The notes under the pieces: generated by a model | Database searches by the model: none | What the model was told of the DNA's origin: nothing | Seen by the model: only the letters and a program-made list of their open reading frames with translations | Program-made: the position numbers and the translations under genes | Origin: an uncultured Lachnospiraceae bacterium | GTDB lineage: Bacteria; Bacillota; Clostridia; Lachnospirales; Lachnospiraceae | Reading direction: 5' to 3' | Length of the DNA stretch: 64,000 nt | Assembly: GCA_947570615.1 (NCBI GenBank) | Contig: CANOVJ010000002.1 | Coordinates: forward strand, 66,367 to 130,366 | Shown: positions 46,690 to 56,504 of the stretch, one piece after another | Numbering within the stretch: position 1 is the first letter of the stretch | How the letters are laid out: the number at the start of each line of letters is the position of its first letter

Positions 46690-48816
46690 TCAGATTGTCC
46701 TAAAGTCAATAAAATTTCCAGCATTTTCATTTAAGTAACGCCTCAGAGGCGCGCAGCTTTCCCTCTCAAGGCCCCCTTCGCACAGCAGCCTGTCCACGGA
46801 AACGCTGATTTTTTTAAGGAGCTCTGCATCCTGATAGATGTCCGCCAGCTTAAAATCCAGATCGCCGCTCTGGCGGATACCGAACAGATCTCCCGGTCCC
46901 CGGAGCTTTAAATCCTCCTCCGCGATTTTGAAGCCGTCATTGGAGTGATTCAGAATCTGCAGCCGCTCCATGGCCTGTTCCTTATCCGAGCTGTTCATGA
47001 AAATACAGTAGGACTGCTCCCCGCCCCGGCCGATCCGCCCGCGGAGCTGATGAAGCTGGGCCAGCCCGAAGCGCTCCGCATTTTCGATCATCATCACCGT
47101 GGCGTTGGGGACGTTGATCCCCACCTCGATCACGGTGGTGGACACCAGCACATGGATATCACCCGCGGCAAAAGCGTCCATCGCCCGCTTTTTCTCCAAA
47201 GGCTTCATCTTTCCGTGAAGGATTTCCACATGGATATCCGGGGGCAGCGTATTCTTCAGCCGTTCCCCATAATCCGTCACGTTCTCCAGGCCGTCTGTGT
47301 CCTCGTCCCCGGCCTCCACCATGGGACAGATCACATAGGCCTGCCGTCCCTTTCTCACCTCCCGGGTGATAAACTCAAAGGCCTTCGGCCGCCAGGAGGT
47401 TCCCACCACGCAGTTTTTGACGGGAAGCCTCTCCGCCGGAAGCTCATCCACCACGGACAGATGCATATCCCCGTAGAGAATGATCGCCAGGGTTCTGGGA
47501 ATGGGGGTTGCGCTCATCACAAGCACATGGGCGGCTCCGCCCTTTTCCCCGAGCATTTCCCGCTGACGCACGCCGAAGCGGTGCTGTTCATCGGTGATCA
47601 CCAGAGCCAGGCTGCGGTAGCTCACCTTCTCCTGGATCAGCGCGTGGGTTCCGATCACCACGTTGGCCTCCCCCTCACGTATCTCCTGATAAAGCTTCTT
47701 TCTGGCGGAGGCGTTCACCGAACCGGTCAGAAGCACGGGGCGCAGCGGAAGGTCATACTGCCGGGTGAGCTGGCAGAGCTGTTCAAAATGCTGGGTGGCC
47801 AGAATCTCCGTGGGGGCCATCATGGCTCCCTGATACCCGTTGCTCACTGCAAGCAGAAGTGCCAGAAAGGCCAGAATCGTCTTGCCCGAGCCCACATCCC
47901 CCTGTACCAGCCGGTTCATGCACCGGCCGCCGGTGAGATCGTCCCTGATCTCCTCCCACACCTGCCGCTGGGCGGCGGTAAGGGCGTAGGGGAGCTTCTC
48001 TGTAAGCCTGGCAGGCCAGGCGGTTTCCAGCATGGGATATTCCGTGACCAGGGCCTCGTTGGTCTCCTTCATCTGCCGTACCGCCACAAGGAACAGGAAA
48101 AACTCCTCAAACACAAGTCTGTTGCGGGCATTCACCAGCCCCTGCTGTGTTTCCGGGAAATGGATCTGCCAGAGCGCCTGGCCTTTGGAAACAAGGCCAT
48201 ACTCCCGGATCAGATCTTCGGGGATATATTCCTCCAGCTGCGGGCTCTCCTTCTGCGAAGCGCCGAAAGACTCCTGGCCGGCCTCTGCATCCCGGGGCTG
48301 CGCTCCCACCAGCCCCTCAAGAGCCTGCCGCACTGCCTTCATAACCGCGTTGTTCCCCAGGCCCGCGGTGAGACCATAACAGGGCCAGAGCCTTCCCACA
48401 AGGGCGTCGTACTCCGCAAATGTGTAGATCCCGGGCTGGTCCATGGCGTACTTTCCGTTTTCGATTTTCAGCTTCCCGCGAAACAGAAAGCAGGCTCCTT
48501 TCGTCATCCGCTTTTTCATGTAGGGGGCGTTAAACCAGGTGATGGATATCCGATCCTGCCCGTCGCTGCAAAGCCCCGTTCCCACCGAGAGATTGCGCAC
48601 CTTTTTCCATTTAAAATCTGCCAGGACAAAGAGCTTTAAGGTAACGATCTCCTGTTCCTTCGCCTCACAGAGCTTTACCGGAGGCAGATAGCTCTGGTAT
48701 CCCCGGGGGAAATAATACAGAAGATCCCTGACCGTACAGATTCCCAGCCTGTTAAAGAGCTTCTGCGTCTTATCCCCGATCCCCTTAAGGGTTCTGATAT
48801 CGTCTGAATCCTTCAT
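46690..48816 (-). CDS. recG: ATP-dependent DNA helicase RecG
   Basis: RLVQGDVGSGKT, DEQHRFG, SATPIPRTL, QLHQLRGRIGRG. Confidence 0.95.
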   Translation of the reverse strand: MKDSDDIRTLKGIGDKTQKLFNRLGICTVRDLLYYFPRGYQSYLPPVKLCEAKEQEIVTLKLFVLADFKWKKVRNLSVGTGLCSDGQDRISITWFNAPYMKKRMTKGACFLFRGKLKIENGKYAMDQPGIYTFAEYDALVGRLWPCYGLTAGLGNNAVMKAVRQALEGLVGAQPRDAEAGQESFGASQKESPQLEEYIPEDLIREYGLVSKGQALWQIHFPETQQGLVNARNRLVFEEFFLFLVAVRQMKETNEALVTEYPMLETAWPARLTEKLPYALTAAQRQVWEEIRDDLTGGRCMNRLVQGDVGSGKTILAFLALLLAVSNGYQGAMMAPTEILATQHFEQLCQLTRQYDLPLRPVLLTGSVNASARKKLYQEIREGEANVVIGTHALIQEKVSYRSLALVITDEQHRFGVRQREMLGEKGGAAHVLVMSATPIPRTLAIILYGDMHLSVVDELPAERLPVKNCVVGTSWRPKAFEFITREVRKGRQAYVICPMVEAGDEDTDGLENVTDYGERLKNTLPPDIHVEILHGKMKPLEKKRAMDAFAAGDIHVLVSTTVIEVGINVPNATVMMIENAERFGLAQLHQLRGRIGRGGEQSYCIFMNSSDKEQAMERLQILNHSNDGFKIAEEDLKLRGPGDLFGIRQSGDLDFKLADIYQDAELLKKISVSVDRLLCEGGLERESCAPLRRYLNENAGNFIDFRTI

Positions 48817-48866
48817 CTCCCATTCCTCTGTACCATGGCATATGGTTTCAATTACTAAATTTTCCA

Positions 48867-48904
48867 AGATGCAAAAAGGACGGCTCTCCGTCCTTTTTGC
48901 ATCT
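48867..48904. terminator. Terminator between fakA and recG
   Basis: agatgcaaaaaggacgg-ctct-ccgtcctttttgcatct, perfect 17-bp stem. Confidence 0.8.
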
Positions 48905-48928
48905 GTTCAGGTTCTGTTGTGTGACAGA

Positions 48929-50605
48929 TTATTCTGCCGAAATGATATAACTGTAAATGGGCTGTCCGCCGTACTGTAATTCGATATCGCAGGAAGGGTA
49001 AGCCTTCTCCACCTGCTCCCTGAGAGCCTGCGCGTCCTCCTCGGTGACATCCGCCCCGTAATAGATGCTGATCAGCTCCTGATCCCCGTCCATCATTTCC
49101 TGTACCATCCGGAACGCAACCCCTGAAATATCTCCCCCTACAGAAAGGATTCCGTGATCCCCAAGTCCCATATAGTCGCCCTGGCGGATTTCCTTATCCT
49201 CAATCACCGTATCTCTCACCGCATAGGTCACCTGGCCTGTCTTCACGTTGCCCATCTCACGCTCCATCAGCTCCTGATTCTCCTCCGCCGAAAGATCAGG
49301 GACATAGTTGATGATGGCGGTGATTCCCTGCGGTACCGTCCTGGTGGGGATGACCATGATCTTCTTGTTCTCCACCATCATTCTGGCCTGGTTGGCCGCC
49401 AGGATGATATTCTTGTTATTCGGAAGAATAAACACCGTATCCGCGTTCACCTTCTCGATGGCGTTTAACATGTCCTCCGTGCTGGGATTCATGGTCTGTC
49501 CACCCTCGATGATATGGTCTACTCCCAGGCCGGAAAAGATTTCATTGATCCCCGCTCCCACGGAAACAGCGATGAAGCCCACCTCCTTGTGAGGCATGGG
49601 TTCTTCCTTCTGCACGCTTTCCTGCTCTGTGCCGGGGGCCGCCTTCTCGTCCTTAAAGAGCCGTTCCTGATGCTCCAGACGCATGTTGTCAATCTTCATG
49701 TTGGAGAGGGCGCCGTACTTGAGGGCTTTCTGAATGGCAAGTCCGGGATCGTTGGTGTGTACGTGAACCTTCACCACCTCGTCGTCCGTCACCACCACAA
49801 TGGAATCGCCGATGGACTCCAGATACGCCTTGAAATCCATCTCCGTCCTGATATTAAAGTTTCTGTTTAACAGAATGATAAATTCCGTGCAGTAGCCATA
49901 TTTGATATCCGCTTCCGCTTTGACTCTTGCAGCTTTGTCCTCGCCCGAAGGAGCCGGGGCGGCCGCTTCCACACTGCAATCAACCTCCTTGCCCAGGAAA
50001 GCGTCATAGGCTCCTTTGAGAACCTGCATCAGGCCCTGACCACCGGAGTCAACGACTCCCGCCTGCTTAAGGACAGGCAGCATCTCCGGGGTTTTCTCCA
50101 GGACCTCGTCCCCGCACCTGATAATCTCATCAAAAAATACGGCCAGATCGCCGCACCCTTCATCCGCCATCTCTCTGGCCTTTTCGGACATCCCTCTGGC
50201 GACCGTTAAAATGGTTCCCTCCTTGGGCTTCATTACCGCCTTGTAGGCAGTCTCCACCGCCTTCTCGAAAGCGTCCGCGAACATGGGGATGGTAAGGGTT
50301 TCCTTTTCTCTGACAGACTTGGTGAAGCCCCGGAAAAGCTGGGACAGGATTACGCCGGAATTGCCCCTTGCCCCCCGCAGGGACCCGGAAGAGATCGCCT
50401 TACACAGGGAGAACATGTCGATCTTCTGCATGGCCGCCACATCCCTGGCCGCCGACATGATCGTAAGGGTCATGTTTGTCCCTGTATCGCCGTCCGGCAC
50501 GGGAAACACGTTTAAGTCGTTGATCCATTCCTTTTGGGATTCCAGATTTCTGGCGCCGGCTAAGAACATCTTTGCAAGAATCTTAGCGTCGATTGTATTA
50601 GTCAC
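48929..50605 (-). CDS. fakA: DAK2-domain fatty acid kinase subunit A
   Basis: LNVFPVPDGDTGTNM, GARGNSGVILSQ, YGYCTEF, GGQTMNPS. Confidence 0.9.
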   Translation of the reverse strand: MTNTIDAKILAKMFLAGARNLESQKEWINDLNVFPVPDGDTGTNMTLTIMSAARDVAAMQKIDMFSLCKAISSGSLRGARGNSGVILSQLFRGFTKSVREKETLTIPMFADAFEKAVETAYKAVMKPKEGTILTVARGMSEKAREMADEGCGDLAVFFDEIIRCGDEVLEKTPEMLPVLKQAGVVDSGGQGLMQVLKGAYDAFLGKEVDCSVEAAAPAPSGEDKAARVKAEADIKYGYCTEFIILLNRNFNIRTEMDFKAYLESIGDSIVVVTDDEVVKVHVHTNDPGLAIQKALKYGALSNMKIDNMRLEHQERLFKDEKAAPGTEQESVQKEEPMPHKEVGFIAVSVGAGINEIFSGLGVDHIIEGGQTMNPSTEDMLNAIEKVNADTVFILPNNKNIILAANQARMMVENKKIMVIPTRTVPQGITAIINYVPDLSAEENQELMEREMGNVKTGQVTYAVRDTVIEDKEIRQGDYMGLGDHGILSVGGDISGVAFRMVQEMMDGDQELISIYYGADVTEEDAQALREQVEKAYPSCDIELQYGGQPIYSYIISAE

Positions 50606-50617
50606 AGCAAGTCCTCC

Positions 50618-50992
50618 TTAATCAATCACTCTAACACCTTCTACAAAGATGTTTATTTTTGAAACTTCTATTCCTGTGAATTCCTCTAACTTGTACTTCA
50701 CGTTGCTGATCAGATTGTCTGTGACCGCAAGAATGCTCACGCCATATGCCACAATCACATGAAAGTTGATCGTGAGCTTATTATTTCTGATTGAAACATT
50801 TATGCCCCTTGTCATGCTTTCCTTTTTGAGCAGTTTCACAAGGCCATCTCTCACATTAATGCCTGCCATTCCGACAATTCCAAAACACTCCATGGCGATA
50901 CTGCCCGCATACTGCGCGATCACGTCGTTTCCGATCGACACATTCCCCATATGCGTATTCATGGAAGTTTCCTTCATGGAAGAATTTTTCAT
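50618..50992 (-). CDS. Asp23/Gls24 family protein
   Basis: ECFGIVGM, HVIVAYG, VEGVRV; precedes fakA. Confidence 0.9.
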   Translation of the reverse strand: MKNSSMKETSMNTHMGNVSIGNDVIAQYAGSIAMECFGIVGMAGINVRDGLVKLLKKESMTRGINVSIRNNKLTINFHVIVAYGVSILAVTDNLISNVKYKLEEFTGIEVSKINIFVEGVRVID

Positions 50993-51017
50993 AGGCTGCC
51001 TCCTTATTTAAGAACAT

Positions 51018-51051
51018 CAAACGCTCTCACGCTCCGCGGGCCAGCTCATTG
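51018..51051 (+). repeat. Dispersed REP-like element, copy 3
   Basis: caaacgctctcacgctccgcgggccagctcattg. Confidence 0.68.
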
Positions 51052-51240
51052 AATCAGAAGCTGTCGCGCTTTTTGGACCGGCTATTGCGTATATAATGTA
51101 TTATAACCGTAAAATGCCAAAAAAGAAACAATAATTTTTTCACAAAAATATTGAATTTTCCGCTTGTCATATGATTTGATTTCTGATATTATATGTCTGT
51201 TGTTATGTATTTATAATCTGAATTGTCAGGAGGTGTAAAG

Positions 51241-51426
51241 ATGGCTAAATGCGATATTTGTGGAAAGGGCGTTCATTTCGGAAATAATGTAAGCCATTCT
51301 AATAGAAAGTCTAACAGAATTTGGCATTCGAACATCAAGAGAGTTAAATGTATGGTCAACGGAGCTTCCAGGAGAATGCATGTATGCACCAACTGCCTGA
51401 AGTCCGGCAGAGTCGAGAGAGCGTAA
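51241..51426 (+). CDS. rpmB: 50S ribosomal protein L28 (Zn-ribbon form)
   Basis: MAKCDICGK...GNNVSHS...VCTNCLKS; RBS aggaggt; promoter TTGTCA-17 bp-TATTAT at 51164-51192. Confidence 0.97.
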   Translation: MAKCDICGKGVHFGNNVSHSNRKSNRIWHSNIKRVKCMVNGASRRMHVCTNCLKSGRVERA

Positions 51427-51518
51427 GTTTTTTGGGAAGATGAAGCAAGTAAGGCCCGCCTGGTTACAGAGCGGGCTGTTTTGCGTTGATTTTTTTATAC
51501 TGGTACCTTAAAACATAC

Positions 51519-51659
51519 TCAGCACATAAAACAGTTATATCCGATCAGCAAAAGCAACGCAATAATGATCAGGGCGGTCAGGTAATGATGGGCGAGAAAA
51601 AGCATAAGCAGCATCCCCACCGCGATCCAGAATGCGATAAATCCGATCAGTTTCTTCAT
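51519..51659 (-). CDS. 46-aa two-helix membrane protein (missed by the ORF track)
   Basis: My translation: MKKLIGFIAFWIAVGMLLMLFLAHHYLTALIIIALLLLIGYNCFMC, TGA at 51519-51521. Confidence 0.6.
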   Translation of the reverse strand: MKKLIGFIAFWIAVGMLLMLFLAHHYLTALIIIALLLLIGYNCFMC

Positions 51660-51767
51660 AGCGTGGAATCCTCTGCTCATGCTTCTTACTTTATCTTATG
51701 CAGTTACCTTCAAATTATTGCTTCAAAACGATGCCGCAATCTGTACGCCACAGATTATTGTCGCGAT

Positions 51768-52172
51768 CTATTGCGTGTTCCCATCCTCCTGCGGAAAAGC
51801 AATATCTACCGCCGCATCGTCCTCTATGAGCTCCTCCTCTTTGGGAGCGGTGAATTTGTCGATGATATCCGGGATCAGGTCAAGCACCTTGGTGACCGTA
51901 TCCTGATTTTTCACATTTACAAGCCGGATACTGCCGTCTTTGATCACCAGAACAGCGCTGGGAGTCAGCTTTCCGGAAAATCCCCCCGCACCGCCGTTCT
52001 TTTTATCCCCAACGCTTGCTCCGGCTGCCACACCAAAGGTAACGTCCACCAGCGGAAGGATAATGGTATCGCCGATGCTGGTAGCCTCCCCCACCACTGT
52101 TTTGGTGGACAGAACCGTGCTCATCCCCTTCATCAAAGAATCGATCACTCCTGCAAAATTATTCTCTGCCAT
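51768..52172 (-). CDS. GerW/YtfJ family sporulation protein
   Basis: KTVVGE, IILPLVDVTFG, GGAGG...PSAVLVI, LDLIPDII. Confidence 0.85.
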   Translation of the reverse strand: MAENNFAGVIDSLMKGMSTVLSTKTVVGEATSIGDTIILPLVDVTFGVAAGASVGDKKNGGAGGFSGKLTPSAVLVIKDGSIRLVNVKNQDTVTKVLDLIPDIIDKFTAPKEEELIEDDAAVDIAFPQEDGNTQ

Positions 52173-53150
52173 TTATGCTGCCTCCCTTTTTAATAGTTTG
52201 ATCAAACGGCGCAGATCCCTGTTAAAATAGATCCTCCACGCGGTTTTCACTGCCTTGAATACCGTTATCTTTCCCTTTACCAGAAGCTCTCCCTCCAGGA
52301 TCCGGCGATCAAAGTCCGGCGTGACATCAATGTGGCTGCCCGCCAGAGGATACAGGATACCATAGAGCGCAAAAACCTGTCCTGTGCCGGCGGGATCCCC
52401 CGTCCCAATGGTAAGACGTCCGGACACCTTCCCTGGCAGAATACTCCGAAGCAGAGAAAGAGCCTCCCCCGAGCACACGCTCCACGCCCGGCGGAAGGTG
52501 TCGCTTTTCAGGATTTTGAGGTAATACTGGATATTATTTACAATATCCTTTATCTTATCACAGATTCGGGCAATTGTGTACCGTATATTTTGAAACAGGG
52601 ACAGGAGTTTGTGTAAGAACTCCCAAAGCCGGCTCCAAAGACCCTTTTCCGGCTCCGCCTGCTCCTCCATCCGAAAGCCTTCCTTTGCCCCGTCCCGGAC
52701 ATCCTCCCTGGAAGCTTCAGGCTTGCCGGAGGGCCTGACCTCGTCAGAGGCTTTTGTCTCGCCGGAGGATTTGGCCTCGCCAGAGGATTTGGCCTCATTG
52801 GGGGCTGCTTTGGCCTTGCCGGAGGTTTTATCCCGGACTGCCGCATCCTTTTTTCGGGGACGGTCCGAACGGAAAACACCAATCCCCAGAAGCCTCACTC
52901 TGAGGAATGCGTTCTCCGGCCAGGAAAAGGAGACGCTCACCAGATGCAGAAGCCAGGTCACCTTCAACGCCGCTTCCAGAAGCGCCGGCCGTTCCGGTAT
53001 ATCCCCGCCCGGCTTTTCCTCCCGGCATACCCTGACCCGGTATCTGACCGGTACAAATAAAACCAGGCAGACCAGCAATAGCGCCGTTCCCAGAATACAC
53101 AGCAGAACAAGGCCCAGTATCTTTAAAATTGTCAGAAAAACCGAAACCAT
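52173..53150 (-). CDS. DUF2953-like membrane-anchored protein (YtfI-like)
   Basis: N-terminal TM and FVP.RY motif; GTGDPAGTG...PDF C-terminal domain; abuts ytfJ. Confidence 0.7.
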   Translation of the reverse strand: MVSVFLTILKILGLVLLCILGTALLLVCLVLFVPVRYRVRVCREEKPGGDIPERPALLEAALKVTWLLHLVSVSFSWPENAFLRVRLLGIGVFRSDRPRKKDAAVRDKTSGKAKAAPNEAKSSGEAKSSGETKASDEVRPSGKPEASREDVRDGAKEGFRMEEQAEPEKGLWSRLWEFLHKLLSLFQNIRYTIARICDKIKDIVNNIQYYLKILKSDTFRRAWSVCSGEALSLLRSILPGKVSGRLTIGTGDPAGTGQVFALYGILYPLAGSHIDVTPDFDRRILEGELLVKGKITVFKAVKTAWRIYFNRDLRRLIKLLKREAA

Positions 53151-53212
53151 ATATAAGCTCCTCCACCCGAAGCGGCCCGGACAGTGATCAGCACACTGCC
53201 GCCGGATCCTGT

Positions 53213-53524
53213 TTACGCTTTAACTCTCTGTTTCAGATATTCTCTGAGATTACAGTTCCCGGTTGTGTCCAGACATTCCTGTGTTATCTGCACAACGATC
53301 TCCACCGCCTCCTGCCGGCTGGAGGCGATCCCTACAATAATGGGAGGATGCGCCCGGTAGTATCTCTGCTTCAGATAACCCGTATGATAAATCTCAAGCT
53401 GATCCGGCCCTTTCGCCATGGCGATCACATACGCGTTGACTCCGGCATGAAGCTTTAGTCTGCGCCTGATTCTGGCCGGATCAGTAACCGTATCGCCAAC
53501 ATAAAGGTATTTATAAAACTTCAT
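53213..53524 (-). CDS. Hypothetical protein
   Basis: MKFYKYLYVG...IVGIA ORF in line with the pbp operon. Confidence 0.6.
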   Translation of the reverse strand: MKFYKYLYVGDTVTDPARIRRRLKLHAGVNAYVIAMAKGPDQLEIYHTGYLKQRYYRAHPPIIVGIASSRQEAVEIVVQITQECLDTTGNCNLREYLKQRVKA

Positions 53525-53560
53525 CCATGCCGCCTCCCTCTGTCTGTTATCATAACACAA

Positions 53561-55087
53561 TTACTCAAACCAGGCATCAAAAATCCGCTTCGCGATGGGA
53601 ACCGCATAATCTCCCCCCGCTCCCGCTCCTTCTATTATAATGGTCACACAGATCTGCGGGTTTTCCGCCGGAGCAAAGCCGGTAAACCATGCGTGGGAGT
53701 CTCCCTTGACGGTTCCGTACTCCGCCGAGCCGGTTTTGCCTGCGGCAGTGTAGGAAAGACCCTTCAGCCTGGAGGCGGTTCCCTTCTCCACCACGGCCGT
53801 CATCAGATCCTTCAGAATCTGCGCCTCTGCGGGCTCCATCAGCTTCCCGTAAGCCACAGGGGGAAAGGTTTTGACGGTGTTCCCCGCGCTGTTTAACACA
53901 CGATCCACCACACAGGGCTCTATCAGCACCCCGTCGTTGGCGATGGCGCAGGTGATCATGTTCAGCAGAAGGGGCGTGATGGAGGTGGTCCCCTGGCCGA
54001 TGGAGATCTGCATCATGTCCGGGTCGGCAGTTTCCGCCGACATATCCACCCTGCTGACATTGTGCCCAAGGTCCGTGGGAAGCTCCCTGTTGAACAAAAG
54101 CTCATCCAGCGTATCCCCGAATGCGGCGCGGTCCAGGGTAAAGCCCATGTTCGCAAAGGAGGTGTTGCAGGATTTGGCAAAGGAGACGTCGAAGCCTACG
54201 CTCCCGTGTACCGAACCGTGATAGCACTGGATCCGGTCCTGCCCACGGGTGATGGACCCGGTGCAGTTGTAGCTGTAATTGTTGTACGTATCCGGGTTTT
54301 CCCTGATGTACTCCAGCGCCGTCATGATTTTGAAGGTTGAGCCCGGCGGGTACAGCCCCTGGGTTACCCGGTTTAAGAGAATACTGCTGTCCCTGTCCGC
54401 AACCAGCTCATCCCACATCTCTTCAATCTGCTGCGGGTCAAAGTCCGGCTTCGACACCATGGCAAGAACCTTCCCTGTGGAGGGCTCCGTCACCAGGATG
54501 GCTCCCTGGTAGACTCCCAGGGCTGTGGACGCAACCTGCTGAAGATCCACATTCAGCGTGGTATACACGTCGTCTCCCGGATATTTATCCCCGGAGAGCT
54601 CCAGCGTGGCCTTCTGGGAGATGGGCGCATTGGAGTTGATCAGATAATAATTGGCCTGGGCCTCCACCCCCATCCGGCCGTTGGTGGCGTAACCCACCAC
54701 GTGGGAAAACAGATTCTGGTAAGGGTATTCTCTTTTATCCTTTCCATCCTCCCCCACCGTGGTCTGTGCGAGAATCTCCCCATTCGCTGAGAGGATCTTC
54801 CCTCTGCGGTTCTGGGCGATCAGCATCTGCTGTCTTCCGTTATAGCTGTTATTAATCAGCTCCTGCCTGTGGGTGGCGCTGTACCAGGTAATATATCCCG
54901 AAAGGCCCGCAAACAGCAACACAAAGACAACGCTCACCAAGGTGATCTCCCGACTGGCGTTCTTTTTCCGCTTCGGGTTTCTTTTTTCAGTCTGCCCTGC
55001 CTGTCCCTGGGCGATGGCTTCGTCCTGTATTCCTGTTGTTTTCGCTGTTGTTTTCGCTGTTGTTTTCGTTGTCGATTTCGTACTCAA
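53561..55087 (-). CDS. Class B penicillin-binding protein (transpeptidase)
   Basis: SxxK (GSTFK), SxN (SCN), KTG (GKTGSAE); one N-terminal TM; paired with a SEDS gene. Confidence 0.9.
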   Translation of the reverse strand: MSTKSTTKTTAKTTAKTTGIQDEAIAQGQAGQTEKRNPKRKKNASREITLVSVVFVLLFAGLSGYITWYSATHRQELINNSYNGRQQMLIAQNRRGKILSANGEILAQTTVGEDGKDKREYPYQNLFSHVVGYATNGRMGVEAQANYYLINSNAPISQKATLELSGDKYPGDDVYTTLNVDLQQVASTALGVYQGAILVTEPSTGKVLAMVSKPDFDPQQIEEMWDELVADRDSSILLNRVTQGLYPPGSTFKIMTALEYIRENPDTYNNYSYNCTGSITRGQDRIQCYHGSVHGSVGFDVSFAKSCNTSFANMGFTLDRAAFGDTLDELLFNRELPTDLGHNVSRVDMSAETADPDMMQISIGQGTTSITPLLLNMITCAIANDGVLIEPCVVDRVLNSAGNTVKTFPPVAYGKLMEPAEAQILKDLMTAVVEKGTASRLKGLSYTAAGKTGSAEYGTVKGDSHAWFTGFAPAENPQICVTIIIEGAGAGGDYAVPIAKRIFDAWFE

Positions 55088-56501
55088 TTTCTTCTCCTGC
55101 CTGATTTCTTACCGAACGCGCCTGCCTGCGCGAATCCGGATAAAGCGGCCGCCTTTTTCTGCGCATACGCTTTTTCAGAAGCGCCCTCTGCAGCGCCTCC
55201 TCCTCGTCCAGCCAGATAATGTGAAGCCCCTGCACGATGGCAAACATCACGATGGTGGTCAGCACAGAGCTGCCGCCATAGCTGATCAGGGGCAGCGTAA
55301 CCCCGGTTAAGGGGATAAATTTGGTTCCGCCGCCTATGGTCAGAAACACCTGAAAAAGATAGGTGACTCCCAGACCGAAGGCTGTAAGCTGATAAAACCT
55401 GTCCCGCATCCCGCAGGCGATCCGCATAATCATCAGAAAGGTGCTGACGCAGATCAGGATCAGGCAGATGGCCGCCACGATTCCCATCTCCTCCGCAATG
55501 GCGGAAAAGATAAAGTCCGTCTCCACAAAGGGAATGGACCGGGGCGTTCCCTTATACAGCCCCAGCCCCAGCCAGCCGCCGCTGGAGATGGCGAACAGAG
55601 ACTGGGTGATCTGATACCCCTCCGCATCAATCACGCTCCAGGGATCCTGAAAAGCCTGCACCCGCACCTGCACGTGGCGAAATACCTTAAACGCCACCCA
55701 TGCCGCGCCGCAGCCCCCCGCGGCTCCCAGAAGAAGGTAGAGATAATTTCTGCTTGCCACGAACACCATCAGCACATATACCATAAAAAAGATCAGCGCG
55801 CTTCCCAGGTCTTTGGAGATCACCAGTGAAATCACATGGGCCGCGGCCACCACCGCAGTGGTAAAAACCTCGAAGAATCCCGCCGCCTCACACAGAGCGC
55901 TGGCCATAAAGAATACGAACAGAATCTTTACAAACTCAGAGGGCTGGAAGGCGATTCCTGCAATGGACCAGGAGAGTTTGCTCCCATAGGTGGTCTGCCC
56001 CAGGATCATCACGATTCCCAGCGCCCCGATCCCGACCATGGCATAGAGCCATTTCAGGTTTTTCAGCAGACGGAACTTGTGGACGAAAAAGGGGATCACA
56101 AGAGCTGCCGCCAGAGAGCATGTCACAATGATAAACTGCCTGATGGCCTTGCCCATGTCCAGCCTTGTAAGGATGATAAAGCCGATGGCCAGAAGCATAC
56201 ACATGTTGTTGACCACAAGACGGTTCGTCCTGGGGTAAAGCATCCGGCAGAGCACGGAGAAGGCATACAGTATGATCTGCTGGAACGCATAAAAAAACAG
56301 ATAAACCATATCTCCCGTCTCGAAGCAGATTACCAGAAAGCAGCTGAAATGGAAGGCAAACATCAAAAGGCTCTGCCTCAGATACATTCCCTTTCTCCCG
56401 CTTTCCTCCTTTCGTCGAAACACCGCAAAGCTCTCATACGTATACAAAACCATCAGCAATATGATCACATATCTGGCATATTCGCTGACATAAAGTTCCA
56501 T
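54987..56501 (-). CDS. FtsW/RodA/SpoVE (SEDS) family protein
   Basis: FQPSEFVK, KDLG, YQITQSLFAI, TDFIFSAIAEE, TGVTLPLISYGGSS. Confidence 0.9.
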   Translation of the reverse strand: MELYVSEYARYVIILLMVLYTYESFAVFRRKEESGRKGMYLRQSLLMFAFHFSCFLVICFETGDMVYLFFYAFQQIILYAFSVLCRMLYPRTNRLVVNNMCMLLAIGFIILTRLDMGKAIRQFIIVTCSLAAALVIPFFVHKFRLLKNLKWLYAMVGIGALGIVMILGQTTYGSKLSWSIAGIAFQPSEFVKILFVFFMASALCEAAGFFEVFTTAVVAAAHVISLVISKDLGSALIFFMVYVLMVFVASRNYLYLLLGAAGGCGAAWVAFKVFRHVQVRVQAFQDPWSVIDAEGYQITQSLFAISSGGWLGLGLYKGTPRSIPFVETDFIFSAIAEEMGIVAAICLILICVSTFLMIMRIACGMRDRFYQLTAFGLGVTYLFQVFLTIGGGTKFIPLTGVTLPLISYGGSSVLTTIVMFAIVQGLHIIWLDEEEALQRALLKKRMRRKRRPLYPDSRRQARSVRNQAGEEIEYEIDNENNSENNSENNRNTGRSHRPGTGRAD

Positions 56502-56504
56502 CGG

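Noticed and set aside
46945-48639. Long antisense ORFs (also 35132..36403, 42090..43307, 55836..57206, 31999..32853, 59408..60523)
   Set aside because: They are shadows of well-supported minus-strand genes, with no motifs or RBS; expected from the codon bias of GC-rich coding DNA
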